Source: Squalus acanthias
Taxonomy: Eukaryota
NCBI GenBank assembly: GCA_030390025.1
Contig: CM059438.1
Coordinates: forward strand, 53,818,001 to 53,882,000
Direction: 5' to 3'
DNA: 64,000 bases
Each line of letters starts with the position of its first letter. Positions within the stretch are counted from its first letter, which is position 1. A program made the position numbers and the translations under genes. The notes beneath the pieces are model-generated. The model ran no database searches. It was given only the letters and a program-made list of their open reading frames with translations, and was not told the DNA's origin. Positions 41,101-56,100 of this stretch are shown piece by piece.

Positions 41101-44100
41101 CACTGCACGGACTCCACTGTCACACAGCTCACTGCACGGACTCCACTGTCACAGCTCACTGCAGGGACACGACTGTCACAGCTCACTGCACGGACTCCAC
41201 TGTCACAGCTCACTGCACAGACTCCACTGTCACACAGCTCACTGCACGGACTCCACTGTCACACAGTTCACTGCACGGACTCCACTGTCACAGAGCTCAC
41301 TGCACGGACTCCACTGTCACACAGCTCACTGCACGGACTCCACTGTCACAGCTCACTGCACGGACTCCACTGTCACAGCTCACTGCACGGACTCCACTGT
41401 CACAGCTCACTGCACGGACTCCACTGTCACAGCTCACTGCACGGACTCCACTGTCACAGCTCACTGCACGGACTCCACTGTCACAGCTCACTGCACGGAC
41501 TCCACTGTCACAGCTCACTGCACGGACTCCACTGTCACAGCTCACTGCACGGACTCCACTGTCACAGCTCACTGCACGGACTCCACTGTCACAGCTCACT
41601 GCACGGACTCCACTGTTACAGCTCACTGCACAGACTCCACTGTCAGCTCACTGCACGGACTCCACTGTCACAGCTCACTGCACCGACTCCACTGTCACAG
41701 CTCACTGCACAGACTCCACTGTCACAGCTCACTGCACGGACTCCACTGTCACAGCTCACTGCACGGACTCCACTGTCACAGCTCACTGCACAGACTCCAC
41801 TGTCACAGCTCACTGCACGGACTCCACTGTCACAGCTCACTGCACGGACTCCACTGTCACAGCTCACTGCACGGACTCCACTGTCACAGCTCACTGCACA
41901 GACTCCACTGTCACAGCTCACTGCACGGACTCCACTGTCACAGCTCACTGCACAGACTCCACTGTCACAGCTCACTGCACGGACTCCACTGTCACAGCTC
42001 ACTGCACGGACTCCACTGTCACAGCTCACTGCACGGACTCCACTGTCACAGCTCACTGCACGGACTCCACTGTCACAGCTCACTGCACGACTCCACTGTC
42101 ACAGCTCACTGCACGGACTCCACTGTCACAGCTCACTGCACGGACTCCACTGTCACAGCTCACTGCACGGACTCCACTGTCACACAGCTCACTGCACGGA
42201 CTCCACTGTCACAGCTCACTGCACAGCTCACTGCACGGACTCCACTGTCACAGCTCACTGCCGACCTCCACTGTCAAGTCATTTGCACGGGACTCCACTG
42301 TCACCGCTCAATGCACGGACTCCACTGTCACAACCTCAATGTTTGGACTCCACTGTCTCAGCTCACTGTTGGGACTCTACTGTCACAGTTCACTGCCGAA
42401 CTCTACTGTCACAGTCACTTGCACGGAACTCCACTGTCACACAGCTCACTGCTCGGACTCCACTGTCACACGCTCACTGCACGGACTCCACTGTCACAGC
42501 TCACTGTTTGGACTCCAACTGTCACAGATCACTCCACGGACTCCACTGTCACCAGTCACTGCACAGACTCCACTGTCACCCGCTCACTGCACAGACTCCC
42601 ACTGTCACAGTCACGGGTATGACTTCACTGTCACAGCTCACTGCACGAACTTATGTCACAGCTCATTGACAGGACTCCACTGTCACAGCTCACTGCACGG
42701 ACTCATGTCACAGCTCATTGCTCGACTCCACTGTCACAGCTCCCTGCACGGACTCCACTGTCACAAACTCACTGTATGGACTCCACTGTCACAGCTCACT
42801 GTATGGACTCTCTGTCACAGCTCACTGCACGACTCCACTGTCACAGCTCACTGCACAGACACCACTGTCCCAGCTCACTGCACGGACTCCACTGTCACAG
42901 CTCACTGCACGGACTCCACTGTCACAGCTCACTGCACGGACTCCACTGTCACACAGCTCACTGCACGGACTCCACTGTCACAGCTCACTGCACGGACTCC
43001 ACTGTCACAGCTCACTGCACGGACTCCACTGTCACAGCTCACTGCACGGACTCCACTGTCACAGCTCACTGCACGGACTCCACTGTCACAGCTCACTGCA
43101 CGGACTCCACTGTCACAGCTCACTGCACGGACTCCACTGTCACAGCTCACTGCACGGACTCCACTGTCACAGCTCACTGCACGGACTCCACTGTCACACA
43201 GCTCACTGCACGGACTCCACTGTCACACAGCTCACTGCACGGACTCCACTGTCACACAGCTCACTGCACGGACTCCACTGTCACAGCTCACTGCACGGAC
43301 TCCACTGTCACAGCTCACTGCACGGACTCCACTGTCACAGCTCACTGCACAGACTCCACTGTCACAGCTCACTGCACGGACTCCACTGTCACACAGCTCA
43401 CTGCACGGACTCCACTGTCACAGCTCACTGCACGGACTCCACTGTCACACAGCTCACTGCACGGACTCCACTGTCACAGCTCACTGCACGGACTCCACTG
43501 TCACACAGCTCACTGCACGGACTCCACTGTCACAGCTCACTGCACGGACTCCACTGTCACAGCTCACTGCACGGACTCCACTGTCACAGCTCACTGCACG
43601 GACTCCACTGTCACAGCTCACTGCACGGACTCCACTGTCACAGCTCACTGCACGGACTCCACTGTCACAGCTCACTGCACGGACTCCACTGTCACAGCTC
43701 ACTGCACGGACTCCACTGTCACAGCTCACTGCACGGACTCCACTGTCACAGCTCACTGCACGGACTCCACTGTCACAGCTCACTGCACGGACTCCACTGT
43801 CACAGCTCACTGCACGGACTCCACTGTCACAGCTCACTGCACGGACTCCACTGTCACAGCTCACTGCACGGACTCCACTGTCACAGCTCACTGCACGGAC
43901 TCCACTGTCACAGCTCACTGCACGGACTCCACTGTCACAGCTCACTGCACGGACTCCACTGTCACAGCTCACTGCACGACTCATGTCACAGTCACTGCAC
44001 GGACTCCACTGTCACAGCTCACTGCACGGACTCCACTGTTCACAGCTCACTGCTCGGACTCCACTGTCACAGCTCACTGCCACGGACTCACTGTCACAGC

Positions 44101-47100
44101 TCACTGCACACGACTCCACTGTCACAGCTCACTGCACGGACTCCACTGTCACAGCTCACTGCACGACTCCACTGTCACAGCTCACTGCACGGACTCCACT
44201 GTCACACAGCTCACTGCACAGACTCCACTGTCACACAGCTCACTGCACGCGACTCCACTGTCACAGCTCACTGCACAGACTCCACTGTCACAGCTCACTG
44301 CACGGACTCCACTGTCCAGCTCACTGCACGGACTTCCACTGTCCAGATCACTGCACGGACTCCACTGTCACAGCTCACTGCACGGACTCCAACTGTCACA
44401 TGCTCACTGCACAGACCTCACTGTCACAGCTCACTGACGGTCCACTGTCACAGCTCACTGACACGGACTCCACTGTCACAGACTCACTGCACAGACTCCA
44501 CTGTCACAGCTCACTGCACGGACTCCACTGTCACAGCTCACTGAGACTCAACAGTCACAGCCCTATGACTCTACTGTCACAGCTCACTGCACGGACTCCA
44601 CTGTCACAGCTCACTGCACGGGACTCCACTGTCACAGCTCATTGCACGGACTCCACTGTCACAGCTCACTGCACGGACTCCACTGTCACAGCTCACTGCA
44701 CGAGACTCCACTGTCACAGCTCACTGCACGACTCCACTGTCACAGCTCACTGCACGGACTCCACTGTCACAGCTCACTGCACGGACTCCACTGTCACAGC
44801 TCACTGCACGGACTCCACTGTCACAGCTCACTGCACGGACTCCACTGTCACAGCTCACTGCACGGACTCCACTGTCACACAGCTCACTGCACGGACTCCA
44901 CTGTCACAGCTCACTGCACGGACTCCACTGTCACAGCTCACTGCACGGACTCCACTGTCACAGCTCACTGCACGGACTCCACTGTCACAGCTCACTGCAC
45001 GGACTCCACTGTCACAGCTCACTGCACGGACTCCACTGTCACAGCTCACTGCACGGACTCCACTGTCACAGCTCACTGCACGGACTCCACTGTCACACAG
45101 CTCACTGCACGGACTCCACTGTCACAGCTCACTGCACGGACTCCACTGTCACACAGCTCACTGCACGGACTCCACTGTCACAGCTCACTGCACGGACTCC
45201 ACTGTCACAGCTCACTGCACGGACTCCACTGTCACAGCTCACTGCACGGACTCCACTGTCACAGCTCACTGCACGGACTCCACTGTCACAGCTCACTGCA
45301 CGGACTCCACTGTCACACAGCTCACTGCACGGACTCCACTGTCACAGCTCACTGCACGGACTCCACTGTCACACAGCTCACTGCACGGACTCCACTGTCA
45401 CAGCTCACTGCACGGACTCCACTGTCACACAGCTCACTGCACGGACTCCACTGTCACAGCTCACTGCACGGACTCCACTGTCACAGCTCACTGCACGGAC
45501 TCCACTGTCACAGCTCACTGCACAGACTCCACTCCACTGTCACACAGCTCACTGCACGGACTCCACTGTCACACAGTTCACTGCACGGACTCCACTGTCA
45601 CAGAGCTCACTGCACGGACTCCACTGTCACAGCTCACTGCACGGACTCCACTGTCACACAGCTCACTGCACGGACTCCACTGTCACAGCTCACTGCACGG
45701 ACTCCACTGTCACAGCTCACTGCACGGACTCCACTGTCACACAGCTCACTGCACGGACTCCACTGTCACAGCTCACTGCACGGACTCCACTGTCACAGCT
45801 CACTGCACGGACTCCACTGTCACAGCTCACTGCACGGACTCCACTGTCACAGCTCACTGCACGGACTCCACTGTCACAGCTCACTGCACGGACTCCACTG
45901 TCACAGCTCACTGCACGGACTCCACTGTCACAGCTCACTGCACGGACTCCACTGTCACAGCTCACTGCACGGACTCCACTGTCACAGCTCACTGCACGGA
46001 CTCCACTGTCACAGCTCACTGCACGGACTCCACTGTCACACAGCTCACTGCACGGACTCCACTGTCACAGCTCACTGCACAGACTCCACTGTCACAGCTC
46101 ACTGCACAGACTCCACTGTCACAGCTCACTGCACGGACTCCACTGTCACAGCTCACTGCACGGACTCCACTGTCACAGCTCACTGCACGGACTCCACTGT
46201 CACAGCTCACTGCACGGACTCCACTGTCACAGCTCACTGCACGAACTCCACTGTCACAGCTCACTGCACGGACTCCACTGTCACAGCTCACTGCACGGAC
46301 TCCACTGTCACAGCTCACTGCACGGACTCCACTGTCACAGCTCACTGCACTGACTCCACTGTCACAGCTCACTGTATGGACTCCACTGTCACAGCTCACT
46401 GCACAGGACTCCACTGTCACAGCTCACTGCACGGACTCACTGTCACAGCTCACTGCACGGACTCACTGTCAAGTCATGCACGGCCTCCACTGTCACAGCT
46501 CACTGCAGGACACGACTGTCACAGCTCACTGCACGGGACTCCACTGTCACAGCTCACTGCACAGACTCCACTGTCACACAGCTCACTGCACGGACTCCAC
46601 TGTCACAGAGTCACTGCACGGACTCCACTGTCACAGAGCTCACTGCACGGACTCCACTGTCACAGCTCACTGCACGGACTCCACTGTCACAGCTCACTGC
46701 ACGGACTCCACTGTACACAGCTCACTGCACGGACTCCACTGTCACACAGCTCACTGCACGGACTCCACTGTCACCAGCTCACTGCACGGCCTCCACTGTC
46801 AACAGCTCACTGCAGGGACACGACTGTCACAGCTCACTGCACGGACTCCACTGTCACAGCTCACTGCACAGACTCCACTGTCACACAGCCTCACTGCACG
46901 GACTCCACTGTCCACAGCTCACTGCACGGACTCCACTGTCACAGCTCACTGCACGGACTCCACTGTCACAGCTCACTGCACGGACTCCACTGTCACACAG
47001 CTCACTGCACGGACTCCACTGTCACAGCTCACTGCACGGACTCCACTGTCACAGCTCACTGCAGGACTCCACTGTCACAGCTCACTGCACGGACTCCACT

Positions 47101-50100
47101 GTCACAGCTCACTGCACGGACTCCACTGTCACAGCTCACTGCACGGACTCACTGTCACAGCTCACTGCACAGACTCCACTGTCACAGCTCACTGCACGGA
47201 CTCCACTGTCACAGCTCACTGCCACGACTCCACTGTCACAGCTCACTGCACGGACTCCACTGTCACAGCTCACTGCACGGACCTCCACTGTCACAGCTCA
47301 CTGCACGGACTCCACTGTCACAGCTCACTGCACGGACTCCACTGTCACAGCTCACTGCACGGACTCCACTGTCACAGCTCACTGTATGGACTCCACTGTC
47401 ACAGCTCACTGTATGGACTCCACTGTCACAGCTCACTGCACGGACTCCACTGTCACAGCTCACTGCACAGGACTCCACTGTCACAGCTCACTGCACAGAC
47501 TCCACTGTCACAACTCACTGCACGGACTCCACTGTCTCAGCTCACTGCACGACTCCACTGTCACAGCTCACTGCACGGACTCCACTGTCACAGCTCACTG
47601 CAACGACTCCACTGTCACAGCTCACACTGTCACAGCTCACTGCACGGACTCCACTGTTACAGCTCACTGCACAGACTCCACTGTCACAGCTCACTGCACG
47701 GACTCCACTGTCACAGCTCACTGCACCGACTCCACTGTCACACAGCTCACTGCACGGACTCCACTGTCACAGCTCACTGCACAGTCTCCACTGTCACAGC
47801 TCACTGCACGGACTCCACTGTCACAGCTCACTGCACGGACTCCACTGTCACAGCTCACTGCACGGACTCCACTGTCACAGCTCACTGCACAGACTCCACT
47901 GTCACAGCTCACTGCACGGACTCCACTGTCACAGCTCACTGCACAGTCTCCACTGTCACAGCTCACTGCACGGACTCCACTGTCACAGCTCACTGCACAG
48001 ACTCCACTTTCACACAGCTCACTGCACGGACTCCACTGTCACAGCTCACTGCACGGACTCCACTGTCACAGCTCACTGCACGAACTCTACTGTCACAGCT
48101 CATTGCACGGACTCCACTGTCACAGCTCACTGCACGGACTCCACTGTCACAGCTCACTGCACTGACTCCACTGTCACACAGCTCACTGCACGGACTCCAC
48201 TGTCACAGCTCACTGCACGGATCCACTGTCACAGCTCACTGCTACGGACTCCACTGTCACAGCTCACTGCACGGACTCCACTGTCACAGCTCACTGCACG
48301 GACTCCACTGTCACAGCTCACTGCACAGGACTCCACTGTCACAGCTCACTGCACGGACTCCACTGTCACAGCTCACTGCACGGACTCCACTGTCACAGCT
48401 CACTGCACGGACTCCACTGTCACAGCTCACTGCACGGACTCCACTGTCACAGCTCACTGCACGGACTCCACTGTCACAGCTCACTGCACGGACTCCACTG
48501 TCACAGCTCACTGCACGACTCCACTGTCCACAGCTCACTGCACCGACTCCACTGTCCACAGCTCACTGCACGGACTCCACTGTCACAGCTCACTGCACGG
48601 ACTCCACTGTCACAGCTCACTGCACGACTCCACTGTCACAGCTCACTGCACGGACTCCACTGTCACAGCTCACTGCACAGACTCCACTGTCACAGCTCAC
48701 TGCACGGACTCCACTGTCACAGCTCACTGCACGGACTCCACTGTCACAGCTCACTGCACGGACTCCACTGTCACAGCTCACTGCACGGACTCCACTGTCA
48801 CAGCTCACTGCACGGACTCCACTGTCAACAGCTCACTGCACGGACTCCACTGTCACAGCTACTGCACGGACTCCACTGTCACAGCTCACTGCACAGGACT
48901 CCACTGTCACAGCTCACTGACGGACTCCACTGTCACAGCTCACTGACGGACTCCACTGTCACAGCTCACTGCACGGGACTCCACTGTCACAGCTCACTGC
49001 ACAGACTCCACTGTCCGACAGCTCACTGTACCGGCTCCGCCACTGTCACAGCTCACTGCACAGACTCCACTGTCACAGCTCACTGTATGGACTCCACTGT
49101 CACAGCTCACTGCACGGACTCCACTGTCACAGCTCACTGCACAGACTCCACTGTCACAGCTCACTGCACGGACTCCACTGTCACAGCTCACTGCACGGCC
49201 TCCACTGTCACAGCTCACTGCACGGACTCCACTGTCACACAGCTCACTGCACGGACTCCACTGTCACAGCTCACTGCAGGGACACGACTGTCACAGCTCA
49301 CTGCACGGACTCCACTGTCACAGCTCACTGCACAGACTCCACTGTCACACAGCTCACTGCACGGACTCCACTGTCACACAGTTCACTGCACGGACTCCAC
49401 TGTCACAGAGCTCACTGCACGGACTCCACTGTCACACAGCTCACTGCACGGACTCCACTGTCACAGCTCACTGCACGGACTCCACTGTCACACAGCTCAC
49501 TGCACGGACTCCACTGTCACACAGCTCACTGCACGGACTCCACTGTCACAGCTCACTGCACGGCCTCCACTGTCACAGCTCACTGCAGGGACACGACTGT
49601 CACAGCTCACTGCACGGACACCACTGTCACAGCTCACTGCACGACTCCACTGTCACAGCTCACTGCACGGACTCCACTGTCACACAGTTCACAGCACGGA
49701 CTCCACTGTCACAGAGCTCACTGCACGGACTCCACTGTCACACAGCTCACTGCACGGACTCCACTGTCACAGCTCACTGCACGGACTCCACTGTCACAGC
49801 TCACTGTATGGACTCCACTGTCACAGCTCACTGCACGGACTCCACTGTCACACAGCTCACTGCACGGACTCCACTGTCACACAGCTCACTGCACGGACTC
49901 CACTGTCACAGCTCACTGTATGGACTCCACTGTCACAGCTCACTCACGACTCCACTGTCACAGCTCACTGCTACTGGACTCCACTGTCACAGCTCACTGC
50001 ACGGACTCCACTGTCACACAGCTCACTGCACGGACTCCACTGTCACAGAGCTCACTGCACGGACTCCACTGTCAACAGCTCACTGCACGGACTCCACTGT

Positions 50101-53100
50101 CACAGCTCACTGCACGGACTCCACTGTCACAGCTCACTGTATGACTCTACTGTCACAGCTCACTGCACGGACTCCACTGTCCACAGGCTCACTGCACGGA
50201 CTCCACTGTCACAGCTCACTGCACGGACTCCACTGTCACAGCTCACTGCACTGGACTCCACTGTCACAGCTCACTGCACGGACTCCACTGTCACAGCTCA
50301 CTGCACGGACTCCACTGTCACAGCTCACTGCACGGACTCCACTGTCACAGCTCACTGCACGGACTCCACTGTCACAGCTCACTGCACGGACTCCACTGTC
50401 ACAGCTCACTGCACGGACTCCACTGTCACAGCTCACTGTATGGACTCCACTGTCACAGCTCACTGCACGGACTCCACTGTCACAGCTCACTGCACAGACT
50501 CCACTGTCACAGCTCACTGCACGGACTCCACTGTACAGCTCTGACTCCACTGTCACAGCTCACTGCACGGACTCCACTGTCACAGCTCACTGACGGACTC
50601 CACTGTCACAGCTCACTGCACAGGACTCCACTGTCACAGCTCACTGCACGGACTCCACTGTCACAGCTCACTGCACGGACTCCACTGTCACACAGCTCAC
50701 TGCACGGACTCCACTGTCACAGCTCACTGCACGGACTCCACTGTCACAGCTCACTGCACGGACTCCACTGTCACAGCTCACTGCACGGACTCCACTGTCA
50801 CAGCTCACTGCACGGACTCCACTGTCACAGCTCACTGCACGGACTCCACTGTCACACAGCTCACTGCACGGACTCCACTGTCACAGCTCACTGCACGGAC
50901 TCCACTGTCACTGCACGGACTCCACTGTCACAGCTCACTGCACGATCTCCACTGTCACAGCTCACTGCACGGACACCACTGTCACAAGCTCACTGCACTG
51001 ACTCCACTGTCACAGCTCACTGCACTGGACTCCACTGTCACAGCTCACTGCACGGACTCCACTGTCACAGCTCACTGCACGGACTCCACTGTCACAGCTC
51101 ACTGCACGGACCTCCACTGTCACAGCACACTGCACGGACTCCACTGTCACAGCTCACTGGCACGACTCCACTGTCGACAGCTCACTGCTACGGACTCCAC
51201 TGTCACAGCTCACTGCACGGACTCCACTGTCACAGCTCACTGCACTGACTCCACTGTCACAGCTCACTGCACGGACTCCACTGTCACAGGCTCACTGCAC
51301 AGACACCACAGTCACACAGCTCACTGCACGGACTCCACTGTCACAGCTCACTGCACGGACTCCACTGTCACAGCTCACTGCAGGACTCCACTGTCACAGC
51401 TCACTGCACGGACTGCCCCTGTCATCCACGAGCTCACTGGCACAGACCTCCATCTGTCAACAGGCTCACTGCACGGACCTCCACTGTCACAGCTCACTGC
51501 ACAGGACTCCACTGTCACACAGCTCACTGCATGGACTCCACTGTCACAGCTTCCCTGCAGACTCCACTGTCACGGCTCCACTGCACGACTCCACTGTCAC
51601 ACAGGACTCCACTGTCACAGCTCACTGCACGGACTCCACTGTCACAGCTCACTGCACGGACTCCACTGTCACAGCTCACTGCACGGACTCCACTGTCACA
51701 GCTCACTGCACGGACTCCACTGTCACAGCTCACTGCACGGACTCCACTGTCACAGCTCACTGCATGGACTCCACTGTCACAGCTCACTGCACGGACTCCA
51801 CTGTCACAGCTCACTGCACAGACTCCACTGTCACAGCTCACTGCACGGACTCCACTGTCACAGCTCACTGCACGGACTCCACTGTCACAGCTCACTGCAC
51901 GGACTCCACTGTCACAGCTCACTGCACGGACTCCACTGTCACAGCTCACTGCAACGACTCCACTGTCACAGCTCACTGCACGGACTCCACTGTCACAGCT
52001 CACTGCACGGACTCCACTGTCACAGCTCACTGCACGGACTCCACTGTCACAGCTCACTGCACGGACTCCACTGTCACAGCTCACTGCACGGACTCCACTG
52101 TCACAGCTCACTGCACGGACTCCACTGTCACACAGCTCACTGCACGACTCCACTGTCACAGCTCACTGCACGGACTCCACTGTCACAGCTCACTGCACGG
52201 ACTCCACTGTCACACAGCTCACTGCACGGACTCCACTGTCACAGCTCACTGCACGGACTCCACTGTCACAGCTCACTGCATGGACTCCACTGTCACAGCT
52301 CACTGCACGGACTCCACTGTCACAGCTCACTGTATGGACTCCACTGTCACAGCTCACTGCACGGACTCCACTGTCACAGCTCACTGCACAGGACTCCAAC
52401 TGTCACAGCTCACTGCACTGACTCCACTGTCACAGCTCACTGCACGGACTCCACTGTCACAGCTCACTGCACGGACTCCACTGTCACACAGCTCACTGCA
52501 CGGACTCCACTGTCACAGCTCACTGCACGGACTCCACTGTCACAGCTCACTGCACGGACTCCACTGTCACAGCTCACTGCACGGACTCCACTGTCACACA
52601 GCTCACTGCACGGACTCCACTGTCACAGCTCACTGCACGGACTCCACTGTCACAGCTCACTGCACGGACTCCACTGTCACAGCTCACTGCACGGACTCCA
52701 CTGTCACAGCTCACTGCACGGACTCCACTGTCACAGCTCATGCAGGCGACACCACTGTCACAGCTCACTGCACGGACTCCACTGTCACAGCTCCCTGCAG
52801 ACTCCACTGTCACACGCTCACTGCACGGACTCACTGTCACAGCTCACTGCACGGACTCCACTGTCACAGCTCACTGCACAGGACTCCACTGTCACAGCTC
52901 ACTGCACGGACTCCACTGTCACAGCTCACTGCACAGACTCCACTGTCACACAGCTCACTGCACAGACTCCACTGTCACAGCTTCACTGCACGGACTCCAC
53001 TGTCACAGCTCACTGCACGGACTCCACTGTCACAGCTCACTGCACGACTCCACTGTCACAGCTCACTGCACAGACTCCAATGTCACAGCTCACTGCACTG

Positions 53101-56100
53101 ACTCCACTGTCACAGCTGCACTGCACGGACTCCACTGTCACAGCTCACTGCACGACTCCTACTGTCACAGCTCACTGCACGGACTCCACTGTCACAGCTC
53201 ACTGCACGGACTCCACTGTCACAGCTCACTGCACGGACTCACTGTCCACAGCTCACTGCACAGACTCCACTGTCACAGACTCCTGCACGGACTCACTGTC
53301 ACAGCTCACTGCACAGACTCACTTCACAGCTCACTGCACGGACTCCACTGTCACAGCTCACTGCACGGACTCCACTGTCCACACAGCTCACTGCACGGAC
53401 TCCTACTGTCACAGCTCTCTTGCACGGAGCTCACTGTCACAGCTCACTTGCACGGACTCCACTGTCACAGCTCACTGCACGGACTCCACTGTCACAGCTC
53501 GACTGCACGGACTCCACTGTCACAGCTCACTGCACAGTCTCCACTGTCACAGCTCACTGCATGGACTCCACTGTCACAGCTCACTGCACGGACTCCACTG
53601 TCACAGCTCACTGCACGGACTCCACTGTCACAGCTCACTGCACTGACTCCACTGTCACAGCGACTGCACGGACTCCCGTCACAGCTCACTGCACGGACTC
53701 ACGGACTCCACTGTCACAGCTCACTGCACGGACTCACCACCTCACTGCACTCCACTGTCACAGCTCACTGCACGGACTCCACTGTCACAGCTCACTGCAC
53801 GGACTCCACTGTCACAGCTCACTGCACGGACTCCACTGTCACAGCTCACTGCACGGACTCCACTGTCACAGCTCACTGCACGGACTCCACTGTCACAGCT
53901 CACTGCACGGACTCCACTGTCACAGCTCACTGCACGGACTCCACTGTCACAGCTCACTGCACTGACTCCACTGTCACAGCTCACTGCACGGACTCCACTG
54001 TCACAGCTCACTGCACGGACTCCACTGTCACAGCTCACTGCACGGACTCCACTGTCACAGCTCACTGCACGACTCCACTGTCACAGCTCACTGCACGGAC
54101 TCCACTGTCACAGCTCACTGCACGGACTCCACTGTCACAGCTCACTGAATGGACTCCACTGTCACAGCTCACTGCACGGACTCCACTGTCACAGCTCACT
54201 GCACGGACTCCACTGTCACAGCTCACTGCACGGACTCCACTGTCACAGCTCACTGCACGGACTCCACTGTCACAGCTCACTGCACGGACTCCACTGTCAC
54301 AGCTCACTGCACAGACTCCACTGTCACAGCTCACTGCACGACTCCACTGTCACAGCTCACTGCACGGACTCCACTGTCACAGCTCACTGCACGGACTCCA
54401 CTGTCACAGCTCACTGCACGGACTCCACTGTCACAGCTCACTGCACGGACTCCACTGTCACAGCTCACTGCAGGACTCCACTGTCACAGCTCACTGCACG
54501 GACTCCACTGTCACAGCTCACTGCACAGACTCCACTGTCACAGCTCACTGCACAGGACTCCACTGTCACAGCTCACTGCACGGACTCCACTGTCACAGCT
54601 CACTGCACGGACTCCACTGTCACAGCTCACTGCACGGGACTCCACTGTCACAGCTCACTGCACTGGACTCCACTGTCACAGCTCACTGCACGGACTACTC
54701 TGTCCACAGCTCACTGCACAGACTCCACTGTCCACAGCTCACTGCTACGGACTCCCTGTCACAGCTCACTGCACAGGACTCCACTGTCACAGCTCACTGC
54801 ACGGACTCCACTGTCCACAGCTCACTGCACGGACTCCACTGTCACAGCTCACTGCACGGGACTCCACTGTCACAGCTCACTGCACGGACTCCACTGTCAC
54901 AGCTCACTGCACGGACTCCACTGTCACAGCTCACTGCACGGACTCCACTGTCACAAGCTCACTGCATGGACACCACTGTCACAGGCTCACTGCACGGACT
55001 CCACTGTCACAGCTCACTGCACGGACTCCACTGTCACAGCTCACTGCACGGACTCCACTGTCACACAGCTCACTGCACGGACTCCACTGTCACAGCTCAC
55101 TGCACGGACTCCACTGTCACAGCTCACTGCACGACTCCACTGTCACAGCTCACTGCACGGACTCCACTGTCACAGCTCACTGCACGGACTCCACTGTCAC
55201 AGCTCACTGCACGGACTCCACTGTCACAGCTCACTGCACGGACTCCACTGTCACAGCTCACTGCACGGACTCCACTGTCACAGCTCACTGCACGGACTCC
55301 ACTGTCACAGCTCACTGCACGACTCACTGTCACAGCTCACTGCACGGACTCCACTGTCACAGCTCACTGCACGGACTCCACTGTCACAGCTCACTGCACG
55401 GACTCCACTGTCACAGCTCACTGCACGGACTCCACTGTCACAGCTCACTGCACGGACTCCACTGTCACAGCTCACTGCACGGACTCCACTGTCACAGCTC
55501 ACTGCACGGACTCCACTGTCACAGCTCACTGCACGACTCCACTGTCACAGCTCACTGCACGGACTCCACTGTCACAGCTCACTGCACGGACTCCACTGTC
55601 ACAGCTCACTGCACGGACTCCACTGTCACAGCTCACTGCACGGACTCCACTGTCACAGCTCACTGCACGGACTCCACTGTCACAGCTCACTGCACGGACT
55701 CCACTGTCACAGCTCACTGCACAGACTCCACTGTCACAGCTCACTGCACAGACTCCACTGTCACAAGCTCACTGCACGGACTCCACTGTCACAGCTCACT
55801 GCACGTACTCTGTCACAGCTCACTGCACGACTCACTGTCACAGCTCAATGCACGGACTCCACTGTCACAGCTCACTGCACGGACTCCACTGTACAGCTCA
55901 CTGCACGGACTCCACTGTCACAGCTCACTGCACGGGACTCCACTGTCACAGCTCACTGCACGGACTCCATGTCACAGCTCACTGCACGGACTCCACTGTC
56001 ACAGCTCCACTGCACGGACTCCACTGTCACAGCTCACTGCTCAGTCCCACTGTCACAGCTCACTGCACGGACTCCACTGTCACAGCTCACTGATCGGACT

